Assembly: GCA_001801745.1 (NCBI GenBank)
Contig: MGYM01000003.1
Span: 26,097-60,409 of the forward strand
Reading direction: 5' to 3'
Length of the DNA: 34,313 nucleotides
Source of the DNA: Gammaproteobacteria bacterium RIFCSPLOWO2_02_FULL_38_11
GTDB lineage: Bacteria > Pseudomonadota > Gammaproteobacteria > HIGHO2-12-38-15
Under the pieces are notes generated by a model, which was given only the letters and a program-made list of their open reading frames with translations, was not told the DNA's origin and did not search any database. Each line of letters begins with the position of its first letter. The stretch's first letter is position 1. A program made the position numbers and the translations under genes. Below, piece by piece: positions 9,927 to 19,818 of the stretch.

Positions 9927-10718
9927 ATGAAGGATTCATTTTCTAATTTAGAAATAGAACTCAATAACAAAGGTATTTTATCGATCACACTGTCTCGTCC
10001 TGAACGTTTAAATGCGCTCAACAAAGCATTACTCGAGGATCTTCAAAAAGCATTGCATGATGCAAAACAAGATTCACAAACAAAAGCGCTTTTGCTAACA
10101 GGCGCCGGTGAAAAATCATTTTGCGCAGGTGCTGACATCAAACAAATTGCAGCGCTTAATGCCGAACAAGGTTTTTCGTTTGCACGCACAGGCCAAGCTA
10201 TTTTTTCTTTTCTTGAAAATCTGGGCAAACCTTCTTTAGCGGCCATCAAGGGTTATGCTTTTGGCGGAGGTTGTGAACTTGCGATGGCGGCCAGTTTACG
10301 CATTGCAACATCCACAGCGCAGTTTGCCCAACCTGAAGTAAAATTAGGTTTAATTCCAGGCTATGGCGGCACGCAACGTCTCGCACGCTTAATTGGAAAA
10401 GGTCGCGCGCTGGATTTATGTTTAAGTGGCGGCAGTATTTCTGCAGACACCGCATTACAATGGGGTTTAATCTCAGAAATTACTGCGCCTGAAAATTTAC
10501 TTATTCGAGCGCATACGCTACTAGAAACGATAATCGATCATGCACCTTTCGCCCTACGCTCTGTTTTAGATGCTGTTCACCATGGTTATGATCTCACACT
10601 AGAAGAAGCCCTCAACCTTGAAGCCACATATTTTGGTTTATGTTGTGCAAGCAAAGACAAAGAAGAAGGTGTCCGTGCTTTTTTAGAAAAACGAAAAGCA
10701 AAATTTACAGGTGAATAA
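9927..10718 (+). CDS. Enoyl-CoA hydratase (crotonase family)
   Basis: FCAGADI, GYAFGGGCELAMA, FAQPEVKLGLIPGYGGTQRL, with both catalytic Glu present. Confidence 0.92.
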   Translation: MKDSFSNLEIELNNKGILSITLSRPERLNALNKALLEDLQKALHDAKQDSQTKALLLTGAGEKSFCAGADIKQIAALNAEQGFSFARTGQAIFSFLENLGKPSLAAIKGYAFGGGCELAMAASLRIATSTAQFAQPEVKLGLIPGYGGTQRLARLIGKGRALDLCLSGGSISADTALQWGLISEITAPENLLIRAHTLLETIIDHAPFALRSVLDAVHHGYDLTLEEALNLEATYFGLCCASKDKEEGVRAFLEKRKAKFTGE

Positions 10719-11737
10719 TGTCGACTGATTTTATCCTTTTCAAAGAAACCCAGTTTATGGGTGAAGTTATTTTAAATCGCCCCAAGGTTTACAATGCTTT
10801 AAATCACGATATGATTTTAGCTTTGTATCAAAAACTCCGAGTCTGGGAAAAAGCACCGCACATCAAATTAATTTTAATTTCCTCTTCAAGCGACAAAGCT
10901 TTTTGTGCAGGCGGTGACATAAAAGCAGTGTATGAAAAAGGCATGGCGCATCATGAAGAATTACACCAATTTTTTCAGAGTGAATATCGCTTAAATCATC
11001 TTATTTATCATTATCCCAAACCTTATATTGCTTTTTTAGATGGCATCACCATGGGAGGTGGAGCAGGCATATCCATTCATGGTAGTCATCGCATCGCAAC
11101 AGAAAATTTTAGCTTTGCCATGCCTGAAACCGCCATTGGTTTTTATCCTGACGTAGGGAGCAGTTATTTTTTATCGCGTTGCGTTGACAAAACGGGGCTT
11201 TATTTAGGGCTAACGGGAGCGCGTATTCATGCAGCACAAACTTGCTTTTTAAAACTGACGGATTATTTTTTTAGAAATATTTCTCTTGAGAAAATAAAAT
11301 CAGCTTTATTTTCATTAGAAAGTTTTTCTAATCACAGCATACGAGAATGCCTGCTGCCCTTCCATCATGAAGAAAAACTCACTGACTTTCCCTTGGAAGA
11401 AATACAGCGTTGTTTCAGCGCCTCTTCTGTTGAAGAAATTTTTGAAAACTTAAAAACTGAAAATACGGTTTGGGCGAAAGTTACGTTGAAAAATCTAGAA
11501 AAGAGTTCACCTTTAAGTTTAAAAACCACATTTGAACAACTTCAAAAAGCCAAAAACCTTGATTTTTCAAACTGTTTAAAAATGGAAAGCACATTAACTA
11601 AAAATTTCCTAAAAGATCCCAATTTTTATGAAGGCATTCGTGCTTTACTCATCGACAAAGATCAACTTCCAAAGTGGGAGCCAAATACACTAGCGCTTGT
11701 TTCGGAAAAACAAATAAATCATTTTTTTGATTTTTAA
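10718..11737 (+). CDS. 3-hydroxyisobutyryl-CoA hydrolase-like crotonase
   Basis: AFCAGGDI, DGITMGGG.G, FAMPETAIGFYPDVG, FYEGIRALLIDKD..PKW. Coupled to the upstream gene by TAATG. Confidence 0.9.
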   Translation: MSTDFILFKETQFMGEVILNRPKVYNALNHDMILALYQKLRVWEKAPHIKLILISSSSDKAFCAGGDIKAVYEKGMAHHEELHQFFQSEYRLNHLIYHYPKPYIAFLDGITMGGGAGISIHGSHRIATENFSFAMPETAIGFYPDVGSSYFLSRCVDKTGLYLGLTGARIHAAQTCFLKLTDYFFRNISLEKIKSALFSLESFSNHSIRECLLPFHHEEKLTDFPLEEIQRCFSASSVEEIFENLKTENTVWAKVTLKNLEKSSPLSLKTTFEQLQKAKNLDFSNCLKMESTLTKNFLKDPNFYEGIRALLIDKDQLPKWEPNTLALVSEKQINHFFDF

Positions 11738-12270
11738 GGAAACCTCTAAAAATTAGAAATTTTGCGTTAGAGCGAGGTGCATGAATTTTTAAAAGCATAT
11801 AAACGTAGCCCATAATGGAGCGAAGCTAAAAGTAGGTTACTGTGTTGAAGTCAAGGCTTAATTTTCGGTTTTCAGGCAGAAAATTTAGCCCAGCCCTTTC
11901 AATTACCCTTAAGTTTTTCTTTTTGTTCTTTTCACGATATTTTTCAAATATCTACCACAAAAACTCCCCTCTCCCCTTTTTTTAAAAAGGGGAGAGGGTG
12001 CCAACGCCAAAACGCGTAGCGCTTTGGCGAGGCGGGTGAGGGGTTTTAAAAATAAAAAAAAAGCTTCCTTTATTATTATTTTGTTTCGCGCTTACAGCGC
12101 TGAAATCTATTTTTATCATTACCCAGCCTTGCGGCAAGCAAGCTTGCCTTAGGCTGGGCTAAACTTCGTTGCCAGGCCTTCGGCCTGAAAGAAGCGAAGC
12201 GTAAATGTAGCCTGTAATGAGTACCGCGAATTACAGAGAATGTAAAAAGACAATTTTTAGAGGCGTCCTT
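11736..12270. mobile_element. Non-coding composite miniature inverted-repeat/palindromic element with nested repeats
   Basis: Terminal IRs AAGGAAACCTCTAAAAATT (11736-11754) and AATTTTTAGAGGCGTCCTT (12252-12270) match at 17/19. There are inner IR pairs and several hairpins, and no transposase ORF. Confidence 0.7.
11967..11998. repeat. Perfect 15-bp hairpin CCCTCTCCCCTTTTT/AAAAAGGGGAGAGGG, followed by GGGTGAGGGG
   Basis: Read directly from the sequence; central palindrome of the composite element. Confidence 0.8.
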
Positions 12271-12313
12271 TAATAAAACCTTAATCTTTGGAATAACAAA
12301 ACTATTGTATAAT
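12270..12313 (+). promoter_or_regulatory. PmrA-type direct-repeat box plus -10 element for the LRR gene
   Basis: TTAATaaaaccTTAATctt (12270-12288, 11-bp period). TATAAT (12308-12313) follows 22 nt after the second TTAAT, and a GAGG SD precedes ATG 12346. Confidence 0.6.
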
Positions 12314-12345
12314 GGCGTTTGTTTTCTTCATAAATTGAGGTTGTC

Positions 12346-15300
12346 ATGCCTCGAATTGACAAACTACCCCGCTATTTTGACAGTCTCGATCAGCTCGCAA
12401 CTGGGGATATTTTAATTTTTCAGAATTCTTCTGAACAAAGCCAAAACACAGAACACACTGGCATCATCATCGAACAAAACAAGACAAAATTTCTCGCAGA
12501 ACTAAAAAATAAAAAACTCACACTCACGCCTTTAATGGCGCTGACTTCCACATATCATCTCTTCCGTCCACGAAAAAAATATCAAGAAGCTCTGTCAGAA
12601 AAATTATGCAAAGTCATCACGGAACATCAAGAAAAACCAAAAAATTATAAAAATACTATTACTTTTGTTTCACAAATCTATCATGAAGCATCTCAAGCTT
12701 TAACAAATTGCGATGAAAACACCGAAAAAAAAGATTATGTCAGTTATTTCATGAATTCTGATTTCTTTACAATAACACATGATTTGCAAAATTATCTTTA
12801 TAACAATGTCAATTTTCAATATTTACTTTCTCCTGGTAAAAAAAATATTTTTCAAGACTTACATGACTTAATTCAACAAGAACAAACACGGTTAGAAAAA
12901 GAAAATAATTCGATATCCAAATATAAAGCAAACCTGATAGAGTCAGCTCTCGATGAAATGCAAGGAAAAACAAACTTTCAGCAAAACGAAGTAGAAAAAT
13001 GCATAAACTTACTTAAAAGAACACTTCCTCATCTTCGTATCAACACCGGCTTTGGCATCAAAACACCGACCTCTTATCTTAAAGTTTTAGATTTTGCAAA
13101 AAAACATAGTCTAGATAGCCGTTATTTTGACGACGACTTGGTTAGCTATCTTGACGATGATCTGTCACTACAACCAAAATCATACTCATATCGGGAAATA
13201 AAAAATCTAGCAGCAGGAAAATACGGATACAATCCCATACTTAGCAAGCTTTATAAAAAATACCGCAAGCAAGGCTATAGTGATGAGGAAGCAAGATTTG
13301 AGTGTGAACCTTCTGTTACGGCTTGGCTCAAGTTACATTCTAAAGCATCCTGGGCATTGGGCTTAAGCACCTTCGGTTTAGGATTTCTTTTTGGAAGTCT
13401 TCCTCATGCCATACAACGCACCCAAGAAACAAAGACTAAAAATGAAACCCAATATGAGATCCTGAAAAAAACAATAGAATTAGAAAATCAGCAAGAAATA
13501 ATAATTGATAATGAAAAATTAGAAAATGATTTTCAATATGTCATTCGCACCATCAGAAAAAAATACACTGAAGTTACAACACTTTCTCTCAACCCTGGCT
13601 CAACTGTAATAAACGATACTATCGCGCATACCCTTACTGACGCGCTTTGCAATAATCCACACATTGAAACGCTTTTCCTTGAGCATCACTCTACAAAAGA
13701 CGCGGGTGTGAAAGCGATCACAGACGCCCTTAAAGTAAATAAAACAATAAGGTCACTTTCTCTTAACTCTAATTCAATAAGTGATGAAGATGCAGAAGCG
13801 ATCGCACAAGCCATTAAAGTAAATGAAACAATAACAACACTTCAGCTTATTGATAATTCAATAAGTGATGCGGGCATACAAGAGATTGCAGAAGCTCTTA
13901 AAGAAAATCGAACAATAAAAACAGTTCACTTTGATAATAATTCTATAAGTGATGCAGGTATGCAAACGTTCACAGAAGCCCTTAAAATGAATCAATCAAT
14001 AACAACACTCCATCTTGAACATAGTTCAAGAAGCGATATGGATATACAAGCAATCGCAGAAACCCTTAAAGTGAACCACTCAATAAAAACACTTCGCCTT
14101 AGCTATACCTCATTAGGTAATGCAGGCATGCAAGCGATCGCGGAAATACTTAGAAACAATGATTCAATAACAACACTTTATCTTGAGCTTAAATCAATAA
14201 GTGATACGGATGCAAAAACAATTGCAGAAGCCCTCTCGATTAATAAAACACTTAAAACCTTAGATCTCAGCAAGAACAGCATAGGAGAAACGGCTCTTGT
14301 TCACCTAGCGGTAGAACTTGAAACAAATAGAACCCTTACAAACCTAAACCTGAAACCTCCCTATTCCTATACCCCCTCCTATCGAGACGCCCTTGAAAAG
14401 GTAAAAAAATTATTGGAAAGAAATCTTAGTTATGAATCTTTATCCAAAAGAATTCTCTTGACACTTAACGCTTTAGAAGAAATTTTTGAAAAAGGAAACA
14501 TTGATAGGTCAATCTATATCATCGATAACTTAGTTACCCTTTTTAATGATCTAAATAAACTACCTGATTTTATGGCGGATAAATTTATAAATGAAACCAA
14601 TAAATTTATCCATGAGTCTTTCGCTTGGTTTTTTAGGCTTGATATTAGTAGCAATCAATTTACATTACTCGAAGATCATCTCCTGCCTATTTTTGAAGGT
14701 ATCTCTGAACTCCAGATAGGCTATTCCGCAGCACAGTTTGAACTAACAAGTTTATATCTTTCACAATTATCAGGTTTAGAAGAACCTTTCATGGAAAAAA
14801 TAGAATTCACCGATCCAGGATTCAAAGAATATGCCAGAACACTCATTGCCTACCTTGTGCATGCAGAAAATTACAATAAAAGTTGTTCCTCTCCATTGCT
14901 CGTTTATCCTATGTATGAGCTTTTAATAAAAATTATTAATTCTGGAAAAATAGAAAAAAACATGAGATATGATATCGCTCAATCTTTCATGAGAGCACAC
15001 AGCGGAAGTATGGCGCTTTTAGAAACACCTTCTGAACTATTAATAAGAAGACGATATGAGACCTTGATTTCTAAAATCCGAGAATCTTTAGATACGCTTG
15101 AAATTGATAACCTCATAGAATATGTCATATCCACCGTCCGACACGTAAAATTACTGACATCACAAGAAGAACACCCTGAAACGACAACATCTCAAGAGAA
15201 TCACACGAGCAGTATCGAAGAAAATAATCCAGAAGTGATACTCGATTTGCGTGAAAAGAACATAGACGATGCTAAAGCAATAGCGCTTTCTGAAACACTC

Positions 15301-16941
15301 AAGACTAATCATACCGCGATGGCAGTATTACTTGAAAAAAATAAAATAGGCCCTCAAGGGGCAAAAGCCCTTGCCGGCGCACTTAAAGTCAATCAATCCG
15401 TTAAAGTACTTGATCTCGACCATAATTCAATAGGTGACGCTGGCGCAGAAGCACTTGCTGAAGTACTCACGACTAACGACTCAATTACAACACTCTATCT
15501 CAAACATAATTTAATCAATAACGGTGGTGTACAAGCGCTTGCAGAGGCACTCAAAGTCAACAAAACCTTACAAGAATTAAACCTTGGAAATAATTATGTG
15601 ATGGACACAAAAACATCCTCTCTTTTCGCTGAAGCACTCAAACAAAACAATACCCTACAAAAATTAAATCTTAATAAGAGTGGCCTGCATGAGCTTGGCG
15701 CGCATATTCTTACAGAAGCACTCTCAACTAATCATACATTGACAGAATTAAGTCTTCGAAGAAATGGCTTAGGAGACATAGGAGGACTCATTATTGCAAA
15801 AGTACTCCAAGTCAATAGCACACTGAAAAAATTGGATCTTAGCGATAACATCATAAGCGATGTCAGCGCAATAAGCATTGCTCGCACACTCATAACCAAC
15901 CACACACTACAAGAATTAAATCTTGCAAATAATTTTTTAAATACGGCCACTGCAACAAGCATTGCTGACGCACTTAAAACCAACCAGACGCTACAAAAAT
16001 TAGATCTTGAAAATACCCGGATAAACCTGGGCGATGTAATAATCATTGCTGACGCACTCAAAATCAACCATACACTGCAAGAATTAAATCTTGCAAATAA
16101 CAAGATAGGCTCTTTTAGTATAAGAGCGATTGCTGAAACACTTAAAACTAATTACACTCTACAAAAATTAAATCTTGAAAGTACGCAGCTAACAGATAAA
16201 ACACTTCTATCACCAATCGAAGATCTATTAAAACGTAACATCGAATATAAAAAATCTTATGATGATCTTAATTACACCATTTTAAGATTAAACCAACTTT
16301 TTGAAAAACAAAATTTATCAGCAGAAACAACAATTGAAATTCTCGAGCAATTATCCCATTTGTTGAGACTGGGTGATCAACTACCTGCCAATTACCCCGG
16401 AATGATAGAATCAAAAGGCAAATGCGATGAAATAATCGAAAACTATCATGAAAGGTTACACCTTCCTCACCTTGTTAATCGCAGCGCGACTCAGACGTCC
16501 TTTACTCAATTCGAACTTCAGATAACGGAACCTCATTTAATAAATTTTTACATTGGTCAATTAACTCAAGCAGAGGGGAAGCTAACTGAAAATACCCACA
16601 TCACCGACCAAGCATCACAAACCTACTTGAGAACACTTATCAAATATCTTGTCCACTCAGAAAACTATAGTAGTGATAAATTAACAAATGATCGCATTTA
16701 CAACACCCTTGCAGAAATTTTATTATCCGGCAAAATAAAACAAAATGTCCCGACAGCATCACCTCAATCAGAAGAAGGCAGGCGTTATAAAGAAATCATC
16801 ATAGGCATGGTCAATGAAATCAGAGGCAACGATCCCGTTATTATTAATCACCTCATCGATGACAAGATACGAATCTTGATGAATTTATTTGAAGAAATTC
16901 ATCATAATCAAGCAAGCTCCTCATCACCTCGCCCCTCGTAA
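12346..16941 (+). CDS. Large eukaryote-like leucine-rich-repeat protein (RI-like ~28-aa LRRs in two arrays); T4BSS effector candidate
   Basis: Repeats of L..N.TL..L.L..N.I.D.G...IA.AL at ~13570-14360 and ~15240-16200. Each array is followed by a mutually homologous helical domain. One hydrophobic segment at ~13348-13404 and a Ser-rich tail. Confidence 0.9.
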   Translation: MPRIDKLPRYFDSLDQLATGDILIFQNSSEQSQNTEHTGIIIEQNKTKFLAELKNKKLTLTPLMALTSTYHLFRPRKKYQEALSEKLCKVITEHQEKPKNYKNTITFVSQIYHEASQALTNCDENTEKKDYVSYFMNSDFFTITHDLQNYLYNNVNFQYLLSPGKKNIFQDLHDLIQQEQTRLEKENNSISKYKANLIESALDEMQGKTNFQQNEVEKCINLLKRTLPHLRINTGFGIKTPTSYLKVLDFAKKHSLDSRYFDDDLVSYLDDDLSLQPKSYSYREIKNLAAGKYGYNPILSKLYKKYRKQGYSDEEARFECEPSVTAWLKLHSKASWALGLSTFGLGFLFGSLPHAIQRTQETKTKNETQYEILKKTIELENQQEIIIDNEKLENDFQYVIRTIRKKYTEVTTLSLNPGSTVINDTIAHTLTDALCNNPHIETLFLEHHSTKDAGVKAITDALKVNKTIRSLSLNSNSISDEDAEAIAQAIKVNETITTLQLIDNSISDAGIQEIAEALKENRTIKTVHFDNNSISDAGMQTFTEALKMNQSITTLHLEHSSRSDMDIQAIAETLKVNHSIKTLRLSYTSLGNAGMQAIAEILRNNDSITTLYLELKSISDTDAKTIAEALSINKTLKTLDLSKNSIGETALVHLAVELETNRTLTNLNLKPPYSYTPSYRDALEKVKKLLERNLSYESLSKRILLTLNALEEIFEKGNIDRSIYIIDNLVTLFNDLNKLPDFMADKFINETNKFIHESFAWFFRLDISSNQFTLLEDHLLPIFEGISELQIGYSAAQFELTSLYLSQLSGLEEPFMEKIEFTDPGFKEYARTLIAYLVHAENYNKSCSSPLLVYPMYELLIKIINSGKIEKNMRYDIAQSFMRAHSGSMALLETPSELLIRRRYETLISKIRESLDTLEIDNLIEYVISTVRHVKLLTSQEEHPETTTSQENHTSSIEENNPEVILDLREKNIDDAKAIALSETLKTNHTAMAVLLEKNKIGPQGAKALAGALKVNQSVKVLDLDHNSIGDAGAEALAEVLTTNDSITTLYLKHNLINNGGVQALAEALKVNKTLQELNLGNNYVMDTKTSSLFAEALKQNNTLQKLNLNKSGLHELGAHILTEALSTNHTLTELSLRRNGLGDIGGLIIAKVLQVNSTLKKLDLSDNIISDVSAISIARTLITNHTLQELNLANNFLNTATATSIADALKTNQTLQKLDLENTRINLGDVIIIADALKINHTLQELNLANNKIGSFSIRAIAETLKTNYTLQKLNLESTQLTDKTLLSPIEDLLKRNIEYKKSYDDLNYTILRLNQLFEKQNLSAETTIEILEQLSHLLRLGDQLPANYPGMIESKGKCDEIIENYHERLHLPHLVNRSATQTSFTQFELQITEPHLINFYIGQLTQAEGKLTENTHITDQASQTYLRTLIKYLVHSENYSSDKLTNDRIYNTLAEILLSGKIKQNVPTASPQSEEGRRYKEIIIGMVNEIRGNDPVIINHLIDDKIRILMNLFEEIHHNQASSSSPRPS

Positions 16942-17005
16942 TAACTTACCCTATACCGATTAGTTTTTATTATTAATTACTGTTAGCAAAAATATCGGAC
17001 TAAGT

Positions 17006-18421
17006 TCAAGGTCGTAATTGTTGTTCTGAAATGTTTGTAGCTGAAGCTGTACTTGTTGTCACCTCGTTACCTCTTTGTGTATCACTTTGTTGAGCTATTG
17101 TCTGGGCTGGGCCTGTATAAAGATCATTACACGCTATGTTCAAAAAACTTTCTTTTAATGGTGTTTCCTCTGTGAGGATATAAAATGGGCGAACAAAGCC
17201 TCGATCTGTATTAATAACAAAACGCTCTATTTCTGCAAGCACATTAGCCCGGGTTCCAGCTAATAAGCCAACCCAAGCAGTATCACTTTTACCTATAGCT
17301 TGAATCGCTTTACCATTATCAGCAACTTGCATATGGAAACAAACCATATCGGCAGGTGGAATGACATCCAATACGACACTATCTTGTTCTAAACAATAAT
17401 TAATGCTCAAAGTTGGTTCATCATTAACCTTTTGATATATAAAATCAGAAGTATGCACACCTCTGAACAAGCCTAAATCAAAAACATGTCTATAAATTTC
17501 AGGAGGAGTTTTACCAAATACTAAAGCAATTTGTTGAACAATTGCGGCTCCCGCTATTCTGCCCATATTTCCGTCAATTAAATAGGCTGATTCTGGAGTA
17601 ATAATGAATTCGCAATGAAAATAGCCATTCATATAACCTGAACGTTTTACTAATGCTTCTATCGCTTCTTGACAACGACGTTGAATATCAATAGGTAGCG
17701 CTTTGTCTACAGGGAATTCAGTAATGCTCTCTGTTAATGCTTTTCTCGCTCGTCGCGAAAAACCAAAAAAGAAAGCGCGACCATCTTTTACATAGCCTTC
17801 TAAGCTATGAAGACGACCAGTGATGCGCGGTTGTAACATCCAATTTTGAGTGGTTTCAGCACCCTCAATTTTAGAATCATGTATCTGTTGTCTAATGTCG
17901 TCAGCAGATAACGTTCTCTTTAGAATAGACATACCCACAGCTCCGGAAGATACTCCGGGTTTTAATATAAATTCTTGGAAATCAAAGCAGCGTTGAAGAA
18001 ATTGCTTTAATTGTTCATTTGTAAGCTCAGTCAAATTAAAAGAGAAACTTGGTGGGCTAAATTCCGGAATTATTTTCTGTACTCTTGCTTTATCAGTTAG
18101 ATATGCCAATTTGGGATCAGGACCGATAATCTTATATTGTGTAGCAACAGCGCATGCGTTTGGTAAAACCTCATCCAAAAGAGAAGTGACGGCAACCACG
18201 TCTTTCATAAGATCATGTTCTTTTATTGCTCGAAAAATATCTTGTGAGGAGTTTACATCGGCTTCATAATGCTCACAGGCTTCTATTGCATGTCTGGGAG
18301 TGCCCAAATACTCGTCAATTTTTAGGAGAAAAATAGGGCGAAAACCAAGAGGTTCAATAGCTGCGCAGATATATTGCGCACCGACTAGCGATGTACCAAG
18401 AAACAGGATAGCTGATCTCAT
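17006..18421 (-). CDS. ATP-grasp (amino-acid ligase-like) protein with low-complexity C-terminal tail
   Basis: LTDK, ILKPGVSSGAVG, SLEGY, GYFHCEFII, LIDGNMGRIAG are ATP-grasp motifs. GGAGG SD before ATG 18421. Confidence 0.82.
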   Translation of the reverse strand: MRSAILFLGTSLVGAQYICAAIEPLGFRPIFLLKIDEYLGTPRHAIEACEHYEADVNSSQDIFRAIKEHDLMKDVVAVTSLLDEVLPNACAVATQYKIIGPDPKLAYLTDKARVQKIIPEFSPPSFSFNLTELTNEQLKQFLQRCFDFQEFILKPGVSSGAVGMSILKRTLSADDIRQQIHDSKIEGAETTQNWMLQPRITGRLHSLEGYVKDGRAFFFGFSRRARKALTESITEFPVDKALPIDIQRRCQEAIEALVKRSGYMNGYFHCEFIITPESAYLIDGNMGRIAGAAIVQQIALVFGKTPPEIYRHVFDLGLFRGVHTSDFIYQKVNDEPTLSINYCLEQDSVVLDVIPPADMVCFHMQVADNGKAIQAIGKSDTAWVGLLAGTRANVLAEIERFVINTDRGFVRPFYILTEETPLKESFLNIACNDLYTGPAQTIAQQSDTQRGNEVTTSTASATNISEQQLRP

Positions 18422-18784
18422 TGATGTCCCTCCAAAAAATTTTTTATCGTATAAATTGCCTAACTTATGACACATAGTTGCTTATATGGCATTGTAATTA
18501 AAAACACAAGCGTTTTAACTCGAAGGAATTCTGAAATTCTTTTGGATTGAGCCGACTAATCAGTCTACGAAAAATATCATGATGAAAAAATCCATTTAGT
18601 AATTCGATAAATTTTTTCAGCCACTCCTTTCGTGTCTTGACAAACGTTTCTATTAATTTCTTATATCGAACTCGCATTTTTTACTATTACTAACTGTAGT
18701 TATTTTATTTTTATATTTCTATGTTAATATTCTCCATAATATAAATTTAATTTATGAATACAATTAAAAAATTTAGGCACTTTC

Positions 18785-19807
18785 ATGTTCTCACGCAACA
18801 TCAATGACCAACAATTTCCTATTCAGTGGAATATTAAACAAAACACTTCTGCTACACTCACCGATGCTTGCGCTTGGTTTTCTGAATTAAAAACAGAACT
18901 TTATTCAACACTCAACACTTCGGGTGCTCTTTTAATTAAAGGATTGACCTGTATAAACAATGCAGAAACTTTTCAAAAACTTCTTATATCAACTTCCATG
19001 CAATTACGTGATTATGTCGGCGGCACATCACCACGCGAACAAGTTTATGGAAAAATCATGACGGCCACTTACACACCACCAAACTGGTCCATCCCCCTGC
19101 ATCAAGAAATGGCATACACTCACAACCCCCCCGACAGAATTGCGTTTTTCTGTCATTCTTCAAATTGTATCGGCGGTGAATCTACTTTGGGTAATATGCA
19201 AAATTTTACTATGGGATTGCCAGCGCAAATCATTAATAAATTTCAATCTTCCGGCTTACAACTTCGACGTAGCTTACCTTCCAAAAAAACATTAGAAAAA
19301 AAACCAGGAATAAAAAAACCTTGGGAAGAAGTCTTTAATACTTGCGATAAAACAGAAGTAGACAAGATCGCCAAAAAAAAAGGATGGAAAACAGAGTGGA
19401 TAGATGACACCGTATTACAACTTTGGCAAGAAACACTACCCGCACTCAAAACTCACGCCATTTTGAAAAAAGAAATCTGGTTTAACCAAGCCCATTTTTT
19501 CCCTCCCATCAGTCTGATGACCTGGGCTAAGCATGATCAAAGACAAGAAGATTATGAACATCTTGAATATGCAAGAAAACACTACCCGCACATGCTAGAC
19601 ATGGTTTTTTTTGGAAATGGTGAACCTGTCACAGATGAAGAAGCACTTTATTTATTTCAAACGTTGAAACAACATGAAATTCATTTAAAATTAGATCCCA
19701 CAGACATACTCATTCTAGATAACACACTGGTCGCTCATGGACGAACTGCCTTTTCAGGCGAAAGGAATATTTGCGTTGCACTCATTAACGCACCTGAATT
19801 TAAATAG
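18785..19807 (+). CDS. TauD/TfdA-family Fe(II)/2-oxoglutarate oxygenase (SyrP/DdaC-like subgroup)
   Basis: Y.GGTSPR, IPLHQEMAY (HxE), FFC...GGES, WFNQAH, DN.LVAHGR (distal His and 2OG-binding Arg). Confidence 0.88.
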   Translation: MFSRNINDQQFPIQWNIKQNTSATLTDACAWFSELKTELYSTLNTSGALLIKGLTCINNAETFQKLLISTSMQLRDYVGGTSPREQVYGKIMTATYTPPNWSIPLHQEMAYTHNPPDRIAFFCHSSNCIGGESTLGNMQNFTMGLPAQIINKFQSSGLQLRRSLPSKKTLEKKPGIKKPWEEVFNTCDKTEVDKIAKKKGWKTEWIDDTVLQLWQETLPALKTHAILKKEIWFNQAHFFPPISLMTWAKHDQRQEDYEHLEYARKHYPHMLDMVFFGNGEPVTDEEALYLFQTLKQHEIHLKLDPTDILILDNTLVAHGRTAFSGERNICVALINAPEFK

Positions 19808-19818
19808 GCAACCTTACC

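Noticed and set aside
9927-11737. Crotonase pair as part of the aminomutase cluster (cinnamoyl-CoA processing)
   Set aside because: Coupled to plsY, typical of branched-chain/fatty-acid catabolism, and separated from the cluster by the repeat element and the 4.6-kb LRR gene. No CoA ligase is present in the window.
11736-12270. CRISPR array, tRNA or autonomous IS in the repeat-rich intergenic region
   Set aside because: No regularly spaced direct repeats, no cloverleaf with T-loop consensus, and no transposase ORF.
13570-16200. ~84-bp periodic DNA repeats
   Set aside because: Fully explained by the encoded 28-aa LRRs; not a nucleic-acid array.
18720-18770. PmrA-like box upstream of the oxygenase (gTTAATATTctccATAATATA)
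   Set aside because: Period is 12 rather than 11 bp and the second half-site is degenerate in very AT-rich DNA.
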